Shown here: one piece after another, positions 1 to 14,214 of the stretch | Layout: every line of letters starts with the position of its first letter | How positions within the stretch are numbered: the stretch's first letter is position 1 | Source: Hydrolagus affinis | Taxonomy: Eukaryota | Assembly (NCBI GenBank): GCA_012026655.1 | Contig: JAAILG010001553.1 | Span: 1-64,000, forward strand | Reading direction: 5' to 3' | Length of the DNA stretch: 64,000 nt | Notes under the pieces: generated by a model | Databases searched by the model: none | Told to the model about the DNA's origin: nothing | The model's input: only the letters and a program-made list of their open reading frames with translations | Made by a program: the position numbers and the translations under genes

Positions 1-370
1 GGGGGAGAGAGACGGCTGAGGGGGGGGAGGGAGAGCGAGACGGCTGGGGGGAGGGAAGGAGAGAGAGACGGCTGGGGGGGGGGAGGGAGAGCGAGACGGC
101 TGGGGGGAGGGAGGAAGAGAGAGACGGCTGAGCGGGGTACGGGGGGGAGAGAGACGGCGGGTGGGGGTAGTGGGGGGAGAGAGATGACGGGGAGGGTGGG
201 AGAGAGGGACGGCAGCGGGGGTGGGGTGGGGGGAGAGACGGGGTGGATGTGATAATATACAGATAGGTAGAGATGGGGGGAGATGTGAGAGAGGAGAGAG
301 ACACAGAGACACAGACAGAAAAACACAGAGATGGAGAGAGTGAGTGTGAGAGACACAGAGAGAGAAAGAT
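1..370. repeat. G/A-rich degenerate tandem repeat grading into (GA)n/(GACA)n
   Basis: Recurrent units like GGGGGAGAGAGACGGCTG with long G runs. Confidence 0.85.
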
Positions 371-553
371 ATTTACCTCCTGAGGAAATAGGCCCTGAAT
401 GCGCACGCACCCCGAATGTGCACGTACCCCGAATGCACGCACCGCGCGCGCAGGCACAGTACAAAAAACCCGAAAATATCGATATTTCGGTATATCTCGA
501 TATGAGCCCGTCGATATATCTAAATCGGAAAATTTCCATATCGACAGACCCTA
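371..553. mobile_element. Terminal region of a non-autonomous hAT-like DNA transposon (probably includes the G-rich repeat at 1-370)
   Basis: CpG-rich segment with repeated ATCGAT/CGATAT subterminal motifs ending in ...atcgacagacCCTA (TAGGG-type terminus); the other end is outside the window. Confidence 0.55.
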
Positions 554-3081
554 GTTGGCAGTATTAATGTAGAAATAGCGAGAACCAATATACAATATAG
601 TACTTTACTTTTCGCATACTTTACTTTCATACTGTGTTTTTCGTGAATCTAAATGGAGCTTAATACGCCGGAGGAGACATGGGTGGGGGTGGAGGGTCAC
701 CTTCTCTCTCCCACTGGCTCGGCCTCGAGCTCCGCCCTTGTTAAGCACTCTGAGATGCCGCCCAGTGTGGAGGGCGTTATATAAATACTTCTTGTTGTTA
801 TAAAAACAGTGTAAGGCATTTCATCATTACTTATTAAAAGTTTCTATGTGCACAACATTGCATTGAGGTTCACATACTCAGAATTCAGCTGTTGTCTGCA
901 AATTTACCATTAGCTAATTTAAAACTGCTCAAATTGAATTTTCTGCCAATTTAATTTGTATTAAACAAAAAATGGACCAGAGCCAATAATATTATACCTG
1001 GTACCTCCAAATTAATTTAGAGGAAACCAAAAAGCTAAAGAGAGTAGCATACATTTGCAGCACAATTTTTGATACATTATTAGAAAAGTGGATGATATTG
1101 TCAGTACGGGGTAAAAACATTTTCAATGTGACAATGCTTCGATTTTATTCCAGCCTGAAAAATACATTCTTTTTAATAGTTAAATGTTGCACAAGTTCCA
1201 TGACAATAGATAAAGGCTATCTGAACTTGACCATGCAAGTCACATCTGAGCAGCAACCAATTCAATTGAGATTGTCTGGGAAAAAAGCAATTTACCATAA
1301 AGTCTAAAGAAAGAATGACAGGTAAATTGAAAGAGACAGAGAAAGGATAGCAACTCAAACAGTGTTAATCCCAAACAACAAACGGAAATTCAAAAAATGG
1401 CAGGAACGTATCACTGTATAAATGAATTGTATAATTAATCTGTCCCATTCGGCGAGCAGAGAAAAACGGATAACAAAAAGCGTACATTCTATGACAATTC
1501 AGTGTTGTAACACAAAAAAACAGAGAAGTTCAGCATGAATACAAGCCCCAGCATTACACCGACAAAAAGTAAGAGTTATATTTAATGCTATATTAAACGC
1601 AAGGATTTTCCTTATTGATACCAGGGGAGTAAAGAAATGGTACCAGCGACAAATCACCTCCACCAAATCTGTTGAAAATGAATCTGTAGCCACACTATTA
1701 TTAGCATTAAAAGAAACTTTGAGGAAACTCTGATGAGGAATTTGTGAGGAATGATATAGTGCTTTATCACATCCTTGAGATATTTCAAAGCACTTAGCAG
1801 TCCCAAATAGCATTTGTTCTAACACCAAGTGGCATTTTATGCAATCACTCTCTCAAGCATGACAATTCAAATGAAAATAGTTGACATGGAATGTCATATT
1901 GAAACAATGAAAGAACAGTGCAGTTATTATTATTATTATGATGATGATGATGATGTCATTTCAGCCTTTCCAATTCTGCCTTTGAAAGGGGAGACATTAA
2001 TAGATGTAATTTTCCCTTTCCTTCTTTTGATGATCACAGAAGACCATTGGGACTCAGATTACAATGAATCCAGCAGTAACATTAAGTGCAAAAAACTAGA
2101 TGCAATCTACTTAATTGGAGTTTATTGCATTTGAAAATTGAAGGTCGTTCTACTAGGTGCGCCAACTGCAACAGGAAAAATGTTCTATTAATGTGCAGTT
2201 GACATATGGTGCAAAGAACATTATTGCCTTGTCTGCTTCCATTACACAAGCTCTTCTATCCTTTGCCAATTCTTTACAATTGGATGATGGAGTCATGTAA
2301 GTACACCAGGACTTCAGCTACAATCAGGATCATCTACAGATGTTCAGAGGCCTAACATTTTTCTTGGTCTTAGCCTTAAGACCAATGTCTTAACATTCAA
2401 GGTCACACTGAATTCGAAAATACTTACAAGTAGCAGGAACTTGTCTTTGTTGCAAGTTCCACAACATAGATATCCGTCCTGCAAATACAGTCAATCTGTC
2501 CCACAACAACAATGACAGATGGATGGTAGAAACAGATAAGGAACAAAGACATGGGACCAGGAGTGACATATGGTAACATATTTGTGATAGCTTTATGTAC
2601 TTCACTATTGATGGGATGCCTATAGTGTGTCACAGTTGGCGATGTGATGGCAGCCATGTTCTGTCATTGGCTTGTGGAGTGACTTTTAACATTGGCATTT
2701 ACAGCACAGGAGTGGGGTAGGGATTAAGTCTTGCCCTGCTGTTGTTGATTTCTCGGAAGTGTCAGGTTCCTCAGTATTCTCAACATCATTAGACAGCAAG
2801 AGAGCAGAGCCCTGATTTTCCTCTAAGCAACTTGTATGATACTTTCCTACCCAGCCTCTATGCTGGGTGATCAGAATTGATTGTTTGTTACTGAAGGTTC
2901 CTCTCATCCATACAGTGGATATGATGCTATTTACAGTATATGGAAATACTATGAGTGCAATAATACATGTATATGTTGTAGATCGTCCTATATATACATA
3001 CATGTATATATAAAAACTGAAACGAAGTAGCCAATAAAATGGTACAATTTCTTAGTGATGCTTTTCTGTTTTCAATTGCAG

Positions 3082-3332
3082 GTTCTGTACAAACTATTTG
3101 AGACTTTCTGCACGATGCCCTCAATCGGGACGTGGGATATTGTTGCTGGAATTGTTAAATTTTTTCTTGTAGGATTTGGAGGCTTAATAGTAGGCATTGT
3201 TTATGGAATCATCGCATCACTAACAACACGCTTCACTGAGCACATCCGTGTCATCGAGCCTCTCTTTGTCTTCCTGTACAGCTATCTGTCGTACCTGACT
3301 GCAGAAATGTTTCATTTCTCTGGTATTGTGGC
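3082..3332 (+). CDS. slc9a2: SLC9A2-like coding exon (equivalent to human exon 3)
   Basis: ttgcag|GTT...GC|gtaagt; VLYKLFETF...[31 protein letters not shown]. Confidence 0.95.
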
Positions 3333-3669
3333 GTAAGTATAATAACTAAAACTCTGAATTTAGGATCCGGAACCTTTCCAAACGCCTCCACAATCGCTTA
3401 TAATGTAATAGTGATAAGCTGAATTTATCATGCAATTCAGACGCTTGCGCAAGGATTTTCTAACAATTTGCCATAAATAATACAATTTATTATTATGATA
3501 TAGAGACCTTGGCTTTATGTTCAGAAGAATCAAGTACAAACTTACGGAATTCATTTTTGATTTATGCAAATCTTTGTTAGAAGGAAAACTTTGTGCAGTA
3601 CTAGCCACCACAATAGTGGAATGATGGTGGTGAGTGAGGTATAGATTTGCAAGGATGTTATTTGGGATG

Positions 3670-3925
3670 AATGGTTACAGCTATTAAAAAACGTTGAGCA
3701 GTTTGGAGCTTTTCTGGCTGGAGATGAGACAATTGAGACGGGACCCAATATCAGTGTTTAAGATTACAAAAGGGTTTGATCGGGTGAATATTAGTGTTTC
3801 CATTTAGCTACATGTTGACAAAATGAGAGTTTAGAAGGAGCTTCTTTACAGAGATGGTGGTGAGAATGTGGACCTCACTAGTTAAAGCAAACAGCATCGA
3901 CACATGTTATAAACAGTTAATGCTA
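3670..3925 (+). mobile_element. Old CR1 LINE 3' fragment
   Basis: gtgtttaagattacaaaagggtttgatcggg and ttctttacagagatggtggtgagaatgtgg resemble the CR1 ORF2 C-terminus. Confidence 0.5.
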
Positions 3926-4352
3926 TACTCATAAACACCTGTAAACATGTATTCACTGTATGGATTTACCCATTCAGCCAATGGGTAAATCCATATACAA
4001 TAATTTTCATATTATGTATTGCATACCTCTTTCCATGTACACTGACACGTACACCTGCTGGAAAGCCTACATGTGAATATTGATGGAAATATCTTGGCCC
4101 AATCTTCATCTAATCTACCAATACTCAAGGTACAGGGATTACAAACTCTGTGTTTGCAGAGAACTGAAGAGGACCCTCAATATTTATTGTTTTGATTAGA
4201 AAAATAATATGTAGGTAATACTATGAATATACAGTATATGGTAATCAAAACTTTAAATGACAAACAAATGATGCTTTTGTATTGTAAATTACTTATCATA
4301 GCTGTAAATTCATAATCAAAGTGGCAGGGACTGGTCCTGACTGAAGCATAGT

Positions 4353-4650
4353 TAATAATGATAATAATCCGTACATTTGATGTTGCACTTTTCATGTCTT
4401 CTGGACGTCTCAAAGCGCTTCACAGAAAATACGGTAAAGTGAATTAACTGTATATTTGTGGGCGAAATGTGGCAGCGAATTGCCCACAGCAGTGTCCCAC
4501 AAACAGTCATGGATTGAAATGACAATTTTTTTTTGAGGGATTATTGTTAGGCATGTGGAGTAAGGAAAATTGCCCAAGGTTTCAGCCTGTCTGGAATTGA
4601 ACCCAGGTCTCTCACTTGTAAGGCGAGTGCTTTAACAACCGAGCTACAGA
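4353..4650 (-). mobile_element. tRNA-headed SINE with Deu-like body and L2-type tail (short form)
   Basis: Same consensus as the other copies in the window; B-box-like motif on the minus strand; (ATT)n tail. Confidence 0.85.
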
Positions 4651-5342
4651 TTTAGCTAGTTTAGTTTCATTCCCACATGATCTCCGATCAGTGATAAAAA
4701 CAATTCAGCCTTATCACATCACTTTTGATCATTGTCAGTGAAGCAGTAATGGACATTCTGGGATTGATTATTTTTGCAGATTCATATTTCACATGTTGAA
4801 TCATCACAGTGTCGCCAATCTGTTTCTTACCCAGTGACCAGTGGAAGCATTCCAATTCAATAAAATATAGACTTCAACATTCTCACTCTTGTGTTATTGT
4901 GCCATTACCTTGTGCCATTATCTTAATGGCATAGAGAGACAAAGAGCATTATACTATTGTGTTATCCTGATCTTTTTCATAAAATGCAGCCAAGCCTGAA
5001 ATTGGCCTGAAGTTATTCCTAATCTCTGTTGTACAATTGTAAACTCTGAAATCTTAATTAAAACTTCTAATTGCTGCAACACCCGTTCGATTGAACTCAG
5101 AGAAAAAATAATTCACCTTAAAGCACCTCACTGTCACAGAGAAAGCATATGTTCATTGCTGTAAACGAACTAAATGAGTCAGGCCTAAAATGACCTTTCC
5201 AGTCATTCAATGTGTGACCAATGGGATTTTACTGAGTGGGATTTGTTTTATTTGCTATAATGATGAAACACTAGAAGAACACTAACATCCTGATTTCCAG
5301 ACTACACATCTGTTCTCATACAATATAAAATAACCTTAGAAA

Positions 5343-5685
5343 TAACAACAGCTTGCATTTATATAGCCCTCTCCACACTGCATGATGTCTCGGAGAGCTT
5401 CACAAAGGCGGAGTCTGAGGCTAAGCCAGAGTGTGGAGGAAGATGACCAGCAAGAGAAAGCTCTTTATGCACGACGATGGAAAAGGAGGGGGTGAGGCAA
5501 AGGGGATGAGGGAGGGAGTTCAAAAATTTCAAGGGGTTAGTGGCTGAATTAAAGCATGGGCGCCGATGGTGGAGTGGAGGATTCAGGGGACAAGGAGGAG
5601 GCTAGACCCAGTAGAGCGGGTACTGCTGTGAGGAGAGAGGAGGTTAGAGAGGTAGGGGGTTGCAGAGGAGTGAAGGGATTTAAAT
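5343..5685 (-). mobile_element. L2 LINE 3' fragment
   Basis: (TTG)n tail and similarity to the L2 copies at 25081 and 53531. Confidence 0.8.
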
Positions 5686-8503
5686 GAAATAAGTGAGGAA
5701 GAAGAAATAAAATTAATGAATAAGAAGAAAATGATAGCAAAATGTTAAGGATGAGACATCACACAATAATGTATACTCCTGCATTCATTAAATCAATAAC
5801 AATTAGAAATGATTTTTTTTACATGCTTTTCACATGTAGTCTTTTTAAGAATTACTGTCCACATTGTCTGAATACATTGATATTTAAATAATGTGTAATC
5901 ATTGCATACTTTGCTCCCATGATTCATATACTGTACTTACAAATATAAATTTTTGCTTGTTTTTGTGACCAGTGGTTTTGATAGACAATGTATAGTAAAG
6001 AAAGCTGAAATGCATCTGGGAAATTGAATTGAACTAATTTAAAATAATTTTGGTCAGTATAGTTATGAAAAACAGAATAGTTAACATCCAACAATGCCTT
6101 CATTTGCAAATACATGACAGCTATAGAAAACCCAGACAATTGGAGGTAACATTGCAGGATGTCTTAAGTATTTGAAAATCACATATCCATTTTTAACTTC
6201 TCGTAGGTATTCTGTGTGCAAAATATTGAACCATTTGCTGACAGCAGGATGGAATAAGTGTCAATTCAGTTTAGTGTGTGATGTGACAAACAAAGGCATA
6301 ATATAATTAATGTATTAATGTGTATCAGGAAATAAAATTGGTTCAGTGGAAAGTTTTCAACACTGGAAAATGTTAACAACACAATCCACATTGTTCCAAG
6401 AATCCACATTGTGCTGGTTAGCACTAGGTACTTATGCCACATGAATGTGAAGATGGAGACTGGTGTCTGCACATTAGTATAACATCATTAGGTCACTTTA
6501 TTGTAATGTAATTCAATTCTAGATGTTAGAGAAAAACAATCTGGTAACATTCAGGATGATTGTCCAAAGCTACCAAGGATCAATAACAGTTCATGTGGAA
6601 AAGAGAAATCGAGTTCTTTCTCAATTCATCTTTCAAGTACAAGATAAATTGTTGACACTTTCCTGGGGAGATTTAAGAGAATGATTGTACAGGAACAGAT
6701 TATTTCATGGCCTGTAGAAGGAACACACTTGATGCACCAGTTTTTTTTTGCCTATTCTGGGTTATCCTGTTTCTTCTCAGAGAATGATAGCAGTTTAATT
6801 AGTACAGTACTGTAATAAGATTTTTGCAAATGTGGTATCTTTGCAATATTGCTGATTTGGCAGCTTTAAAACAAATATTATTAACAGAATCATGATGCTG
6901 CAGCTTCTTTTTAATCTTAGTCTAATATATGATTTATCACAATCAATACATTCTGTCTCCTGAATAATTCATCAGGTTCTACTGTTAAGCCTTCACTCAA
7001 GTTCTTTATTTTGTTCTAAAAATGCGTAAGTGAAATGTGTATAATAGTGTAGGGCCATGTAATGGGGCTAAACTCTCATAAGGTTTTGTTTGATAACATT
7101 ATGGTATATAGTTTGCCTGATAAACAACATTTTATTTTTGCAAAATATATTAGTGATATGTTCTTAAAGTTTGAAAAGTACATCTGGTCCAAAATGCTAA
7201 TTTTTCAGCAAGTGATTGAAGAACCTACCACAGAGCGAATGATAATAATATAATTTAAAATGTTGGTGCCATGTATATCTAAAAGAGTATAAAGTTTATA
7301 AAATGGGATTTAGAAAAGCATCAGAAATGAAAAAGCCATATTTAATAGTGCAGATCAAAAAAATGAAATGCCCTAAGAATAAATAAGCTGGTCAGGTAAA
7401 GTTCACAGCGTAGCTATTTATTCTCTTACAATGAACCCCTTAACTCAGTAATAATTGATGTGATCTCCTCTTTGGTTAAAGCTCATGAAAAATGCTTGAG
7501 TTGCCTCAACAAAATGCAAACTCTGACCTTTGTTCTATTTTCTGTTCTGAGCTAGGCAGTTGCATAAAGGAATATTGATGGTTTAAAATGATATTCAGAA
7601 TCTCATTGACTTGTCTTCATGGAATCCTAATATTAACCTTTTAAATCACAGAACATGGTACCAATACTTTCAGAAGCTGTATTAGAATGAAAAGAATTTT
7701 TACCTTACCTAAAGAAATAACTAGTGTAAATGTCACTGATGAGAGTCAGGTGAATTATGAACGCAGCTTAATCAAAGCTAGTTGTCTTTGAAGAAACACA
7801 CACTGAGCTTACACACACTGAACATTGATTTGGTTATGGTGTAAAGCACCCTCCATCACCTCACCCACACACATCAATTAAATATGATATGTTTTCAAAT
7901 TCATATTTATTCAGTAAATACGTCAGCACAATACATACTTTATAAGAAAATGATTCCAGATTCATTTTTGACAAGATAATTATCTCCTAGTTATCTTAAT
8001 ATTTGGAATAATTTCCTCCTATTAAACAGGGATGTGCCTTCTGACCTTCTGGCTACTTTGCAGAGTTTTTAAACAGAAAAGGAGAAGGAATTACTCACAT
8101 TTATAATATAGCACTCTTGGAAATACAATTCAGCGGCTCATTACTGGGTGTACGTCTCCATGTAATGGAACAGTAAGGCCCGCTCCACCCTACCTGACAA
8201 TAATGTGTCCTAACCTAAAGCTAAGAGCAGTGCTCTGACTGAAGTAGAGGGTTGCTTCCACTTCCTGTATTAACTAGTGGATTGAGCGAGATTTTAACTA
8301 GGCATTTATTAATGCCAAAATATTTCAAATTGATTGTCTCTGGCAAATTAAGCAAATTAAGCAGATTTTGTGAATTGAATTTTTGAAAAGGGCCAATTAA
8401 GAGTGCTTCACATAAATTGAGGACCACAATTAATTTGAAACTGTTTGTGAGGTCATATTTGTTCCTAAAACACTTGATAATTCTAAGCAAAATTTGATTT
8501 CAG

Positions 8504-8721
8504 AATTATAGCTTGTTCCATGAGCATGAAGCGGTATGTGGAGGCTAATATCTCTCAGAAGTCTCACACTACAATCAAATACTTCATGAAGATGTGGAGC
8601 AGTGTGAGTGAGACCCTCATCTTCATTTTCCTTGGTGTTTCTACCATTGGGGACAATCATGACTGGAGCTGGCCCTATGTATGTTTCACAATGATATTTT
8701 GCCTTGCCTGGAGAGCAGTAG
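8504..8721 (+). CDS. slc9a2: SLC9A2-like coding exon (equivalent to exon 4)
   Basis: tttcag|A...G|gtaatt; [44 protein letters not shown]...AWRAV. Confidence 0.95.
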
Positions 8722-8759
8722 GTAATTGGAATTTACTTCCTAACTATTTTAAAATATGT

Positions 8760-9242
8760 TAAAATGCTTTACAAGATTTACTGTAAAGTGTAGTGGCTGA
8801 ATATCCAAACATGGCAGCCAACTTGCAGACAGCAGTGTCCCGCAAACAGCCAAGAGGATGATCAATTTTATCGCACACTCTTGCTTCTGAGTAAGATGGT
8901 TGTGGTTTCAAGCTTGACATCAAGACTGCGCTCGTAGTCAAGGCTGACACTGGGAGAACGCTGCAGATGCCTTCCTTCAGATGAGACATCAAGCCAAAGT
9001 TTTGTTGCTTGTTTAGGTGGACTTGAAAGATTCCATAACAGTCTTTGAAAGGAGAAGGAATTTCTCCCAGTGCCTTGGTCAAACATTTCCCCCGAAAAAT
9101 TAGTCATTCATTTGTTGTGTTTCGATTGCCATGTTTCGCCCATGAAATACACAATCAATCTACTTTACAGAGTATCCTGTGAAGCGCTTTGAGGTGCCTC
9201 AATGACCCAATAAGGTGCTATATCAAAAGCAAGGATTATTAT
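8760..9242. mobile_element. SINE tail (minus, about 8760-8870) head-to-head with an older DeuSINE-type copy (plus, about 8890-9242)
   Basis: ttccttcagatgagacatcaagcc...gaaagattccat...tctcccagtg is Deu-domain-like; ends in gctatatcaaaagcaaggattatt. Confidence 0.65.
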
Positions 9243-9633
9243 AAATATTATGTCGTCACAGCCGAGACCTGTTATTACCTTACTTAACACTGTAAGATAA
9301 TACTGTATATTCGAAGCTGCAAATAGTGATCTTTCACTTCCTAAACTGTGGCACTGAAACAAGTCTTAGCATCCATTCCTCCCTGGCTGAAATACCCTAC
9401 TCAGTACACATCAGCAGTTGAACCTGTCCAGATCTTCTGTTTCTGTAAGGGTCACTTACTCACTGATTGTTCACTGAATTCTCATCATGTTAAATTTCAA
9501 TTTACAAAAAAAACATTGTAAACTGAGATTTAACAACAAAATTAACCCATTTTATTTATTCCATTTTTTTTTACCTGAGGTGTTTCAGTACATTTCTCTC
9601 ATCAGTGCTAAGTGAACAATGTTTCATTTCCAG

Positions 9634-9830
9634 GTGTCATTGTTCTGACATTTATTGTGAACAAATTCCGGGTGAACACAGTCACAAGGAAAGACCAGTT
9701 TATTATTGCCTATGGTGGATTAAGAGGGGCAATCTGTTTCTCATTAGTGTTCTTACTTCCCAACTTTCCGCGAAAAAAACTTTTCATCACTGCTACAATA
9801 GTGGTTATATTTTTTACAGTGTTTGTTCAG
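9634..9830 (+). CDS. slc9a2: SLC9A2-like coding exon (equivalent to exon 5)
   Basis: ttccag|GT...CAG|gtaagc; [46 protein letters not shown]. Confidence 0.95.
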
Positions 9831-11199
9831 GTAAGCAAGAATTTTTCTGATACCGTCTCTCTTTTATTTCAAAATCCAGTCCACTGTAGTATTTAAAACC
9901 GAAACCATTTTGCATTCATGAAAAACAACTGATTCATTAGAAACCTCGATACAGTGGAAGTCATAGCACAAATGTAAAGCATTGTCAAAGAAGGCACTGT
10001 GATTTTTTTTAACTGGATCAAACCAAGAATAGCTCTCCCTCTAATGTAAGCTCAACTATAAAAAGCTCCCACTTTAAAAATTAATGCTTAGGCGAGAAAG
10101 CTTGACACACAAATGTTTTTATATTCATTCTGATCACCAGGAAAGTATGCATGACATGAAATAAATCCTTAAGGAATTTTAGTTTGGAGCTTCAACTGCC
10201 ATAAAATAAACTAGTCTGTATATCACAAACAATTTGCCCAGTTAAACCAAATAAAAAGTGATGATTTGCAAGGATAATTACAGCAAAATTATAGGCACAC
10301 ATTTCCCATGATTTATTTTATAATTAATCACATGTAATGTGTGCTAATTAAAGTCAGATATCACATGCTTTATTTTCCCTGCTGACACATATAAAGTGCA
10401 TATGAAATTATCAAGTGAGATGGCAGCCCCAGGGCAGATTGCAAGATATGAAGAAAATCTGAAATATTAAAATGAATGAATTGTGAATTTTCACAGGTTT
10501 CTTTGATGAGCTTAAGTTAACAGGTGTAATAGTAAAAACAACTTAAGGTGGAATATGAAACAAACTACAGTAATAATACACAATCTTTTACGAGATATTT
10601 GATAAATATTTATTTAGATTGGTACAAATGCCATTCATATTTGAGTGAAAGCAAGTATTTTATTAAACATTCGGACTTGCAGACAATCAATATAATTTGC
10701 ACCTGAATTTTCTTATAATGGACTTGCATAACTAATATAGTTGTACTATGTATAAATGAACAAAACACATTTTATCAAATTATGATACCAATAAAGACAT
10801 TTAATGCATGATATTCAATCAAGCAAAGTGTTACGTCAAGGCCTACCTCCAATCATGGGCATTTAAACTGTGACAATCTATACACCAGAGAGGAATATAG
10901 GAGCTATCCCCTTTAAAGCAGCAAAACAAATACCTTTCTGAAAGCAGAATATAAATATATATCACTGAGTTGTAATAAAATACATTTGATTTTAATACAG
11001 TATCCATGCCTCCACTGGGATCAGCCCCCAAACGATGGACTACTTTCCATGCTAACATTTGCAATCTCCTAAATCAAAGATCAATGGTTACATTAATACA
11101 TCCTTACTCTTTCATCAGACCTTTAACTGGATCAGATATTGCATTCTGTAAATATAAATAGTTGCTGAGTATGGATTGCACTATTGCATTGGTAGGTGC

Positions 11200-11445
11200 A
11201 TTGAATAAATACACTTACCATTAAATTGATCATTTGCTCATATCGCTGAGGCACGTACATTTTACCAACAATCAGTGGGGACAAGATTAGGCTTTGCTGT
11301 GATACCCTTCACAGTCAAAAAGCCTTTGGCAGTAACTCTCAAGATTCATGCACGAAGAATGAGTGCTCAAGTGAAATACCCAAGAGCACCTTGTACCTGT
11401 GAATCTGCACAGGCATCGTCAGGAGAGGACTGGAAATAATTGAGG
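11200..11445 (+). mobile_element. Ancient SINE-like repeat fragment (related pieces near 4060-4170 and 56030-56180)
   Basis: Shared degenerate motifs such as ggattaggct..gctgtgat..cacagtc and cacgaagaatg; the family is not identified. Confidence 0.35.
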
Positions 11446-12052
11446 GCGGTGAAAAGAGATTTAAAAACTCAATACACTTTTATGTACAAATTGCTAGAGA
11501 TAAGACACACATACACAAACAACCCACTGGCACAGAGAAGCGGTTCAATAATTGGCTTGTTGCTGGTATACATTATACCCATCATTTTTCAATAATGTTG
11601 GCAATTTGGTAGAAATTCGTATTGATTTTCAAATGGGTGCAATTGGTCTAGAATGAACACATGGGTTATCTCATTCAATGGAAACTCAGTCAAAGATCAA
11701 TAATGAGTTTCGCACCAGCTTTGCTGCCAAAATGTTACTTTTGTAAGAACTGATGCGCAAACAGAGCTAAATTGAAAAAAACAGGTAGCCAGTTCATATG
11801 ATGCAAAATGAGATACAGAGCAGTAAAAACTATTCATTATTGTCATGTACACCTGAGGCACCAAAGGGTCACTGGTTCATTGATTCATCGGGTGCTGAGC
11901 CAGCTGTGTGAACTGCTTTGAGATATTCTCCTGGTGGGAAGTGAGATCAGATGAGCCTTCTTCAAACTAATCCTATAAATTGCAGTGTATTTGTATTATA
12001 CACAATTTACGTGTTTCATAAGCGTATTGCGTTCATTTATATTTTACTGCAG

Positions 12053-12142
12053 GGAATGACAATTAAACCACTCGTAGAATTACTGGAAGTTAAAAAAACA
12101 AGCAGAACCCCTCCAACTATCAGTGAGCAGATTCATATTCGG
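12053..12142 (+). CDS. slc9a2: SLC9A2-like coding exon (equivalent to exon 6)
   Basis: ctgcag|GGA...CGG|gtaagt; GMTIKPLVELLEVKKTSRTPPTISEQIHIR. Confidence 0.93.
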
Positions 12143-12665
12143 GTAAGTATGCACCACCTAACATCTTTGCAGTCTCTGCTTTGTGTTAGTGCACTGGCAG
12201 AGCTATAATGCTGTATTCAATTGCTGAGGATTCTTACATAATTCTGCCTGAATGTATTGGCAGCTCTGAAATGTTTGGGTAAATTGGGTCATGGAAACTT
12301 ATTTGCTGGCCAGTGACAACAACAACAACAAAATCACAATTATATCCTAGAATAGGATTGAAGTTTTTTTTCCCCCAAAAAAGACTACATGCTATGGTTC
12401 AGAGACCGATCTAACATCATAATGTCAATCATCTCTGAAATGGCTGAAGAAGAAACCATTGTCCAGAATATGTTTTTTTTGGGAGGCAAGGTTCTCAGAA
12501 CTAATCCTAGTTCTAATTCAACTAATCCTATTACTCCCCTGACTACTTTTCCCACTTTCAAAATGGATTCCGTGATTTGTTTCAGCATAAACTATGGTCT
12601 TTTACATAACTAAAAAGCTGGAAACCTCCCTCAATGTGGTACCATTGCTGCTTTGCTTTATTCAG

Positions 12666-12736
12666 TTCTTGGACCATTTGCTTGCTGGGATTGAAGACAT
12701 TTGTGGACACTGGGGCCAATATTACTGGAAAGACAA
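12666..12736 (+). CDS. slc9a2: SLC9A2-like coding exon (equivalent to exon 7), CHP-binding region
   Basis: attcag|TTC...AA|gtatga; FLDHLLAGIEDICGHWGQYYWKDK. Not in the ORF track; read by eye. Confidence 0.93.
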
Positions 12737-13313
12737 GTATGAAATTCATTTATTTTAGTAGATGGGTGTATGTATGAATGAGTGAGATGATATCATAATG
12801 AAGAAAATATTTTTATCTCAAATAATTATAAAATTATATAGGCTATTCAAGGTGGAACATTAGAATTATGAATTTCACATCAGGATTTCACATAATGAAA
12901 ATGCACCTGTACGTGTATCCTCAATCTGAATTTCAGTGGGTAGCTACACTAACTGTTGCTCTGAACACGTCTAGAATATTATGTATTTGCACTGATCCTG
13001 TCCGCGACTTAAAGTTTTGGTGGTTTAAGCATAAGATGTTATATTATGAGTGAGATAATATTTCTTTAATTCCAACTTATTAAATTGTTTTAAGCATTCA
13101 ATTGGATTGAGTGTTCACCTACAAATTACGCAGTCACTACACTTTACAGGAAATGCTGTAAAGTACTTTGAGACTTACTCCTGATGTGAAATACTATACC
13201 AGGTACAAGGCTAATTATTCATTTTATTATTATCACTGCAGATGGCACACAGAAGCTTTGATGATATCAGCTTGTGGAATCTCTTCTAAAAATGTACTTC
13301 AAATTTCTTACAG

Positions 13314-13478
13314 ATTTGAATATTTCAACAATAAATATTTAAATAAGATTCTCATCAGAGAGCAACACTTGTCCAAATCCAGTATTGTCGTCTTATATCA
13401 GAAACTAGAGAAAAAGCACGCCATTGAGTTAGCTGAGGCTGGACATCTGATAGGTGCACCATCCCTCGCATCTCTCCA
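13314..13478 (+). CDS. slc9a2: SLC9A2-like coding exon (equivalent to exon 8)
   Basis: ttacag|A...CA|gtgagt; FEYFNNKYLNKILIREQHLSKSSIVVLYQKLEKKHAIELAEAG. Confidence 0.92.
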
Positions 13479-14065
13479 GTGAGTGACCTAACTTTGCCTC
13501 GTTCCTCTTTGGATTTTCATTGGGAAACAGTTCCTCTACATGTTTCTGCGGTATTTGAAAGCATTATTTTTTCGGCAGCATTTAAAATTTCTCAGAGTTT
13601 CAAAATATTCCAGTCACCAAGAATTACTCTCCAATGCTCCGAACCAGTGTAGATACAACTGCTTTTACATCTCTCCTGCAGTGAGTTTACTATTGACTTA
13701 ATTTTCAGCACTTGTGCAGGGAACCATTCACAAATGACACAGTACCAGATGTGCAAACTGTCAGCTTTTAGCCCAATGTATACTATGTGTTGGTACAACC
13801 TTGTGGCTGTGATTCCTGGTTGATTAACGATAGAGGAAAACACCCAGCCAGATGAAAGTGTTATTGATCGTGAATATCACTAAAACGAAATGTAAATAGT
13901 CCAGATTTACAAAAAAAAGTCTATGTTATGTATAACGCATGGATGCATCACCTGTTAATCATCACTGAAAGAATTTCCAGTTAAATAATTGGTGTGATTT
14001 GTTGCATTTTAGCCTTTCCACAAGATGTGATAACTACTAACTTTTTTATTAATTCCTTGAAACAG

Positions 14066-14168
14066 TGACCAGCCATCTCCCACGGTTTCCCAAACTACAG
14101 TTCCTCCAGAACAGCTTGATAACATGCGGAAGCTGCTGATAAGGAATCTTTATCGAATAAGGCAAACG
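14066..14168 (+). CDS. slc9a2: SLC9A2-like coding exon (equivalent to exon 9)
   Basis: aaacag|T...ACG|gtatca; DQPSPTVSQTTVPPEQLDNMRKLLIRNLYRIRQT (cf. NHE2 IRELLSRNLYQIRQR); phases fit both neighbours. Confidence 0.88.
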
Positions 14169-14214
14169 GTATCAAAGTTGTTTCTGTCTATGATTTATAT
14201 CTATAATCTATAAG

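Noticed and set aside
331-567. 78-aa ORF at the window start
   Set aside because: Lies in simple repeat and transposon-end sequence.
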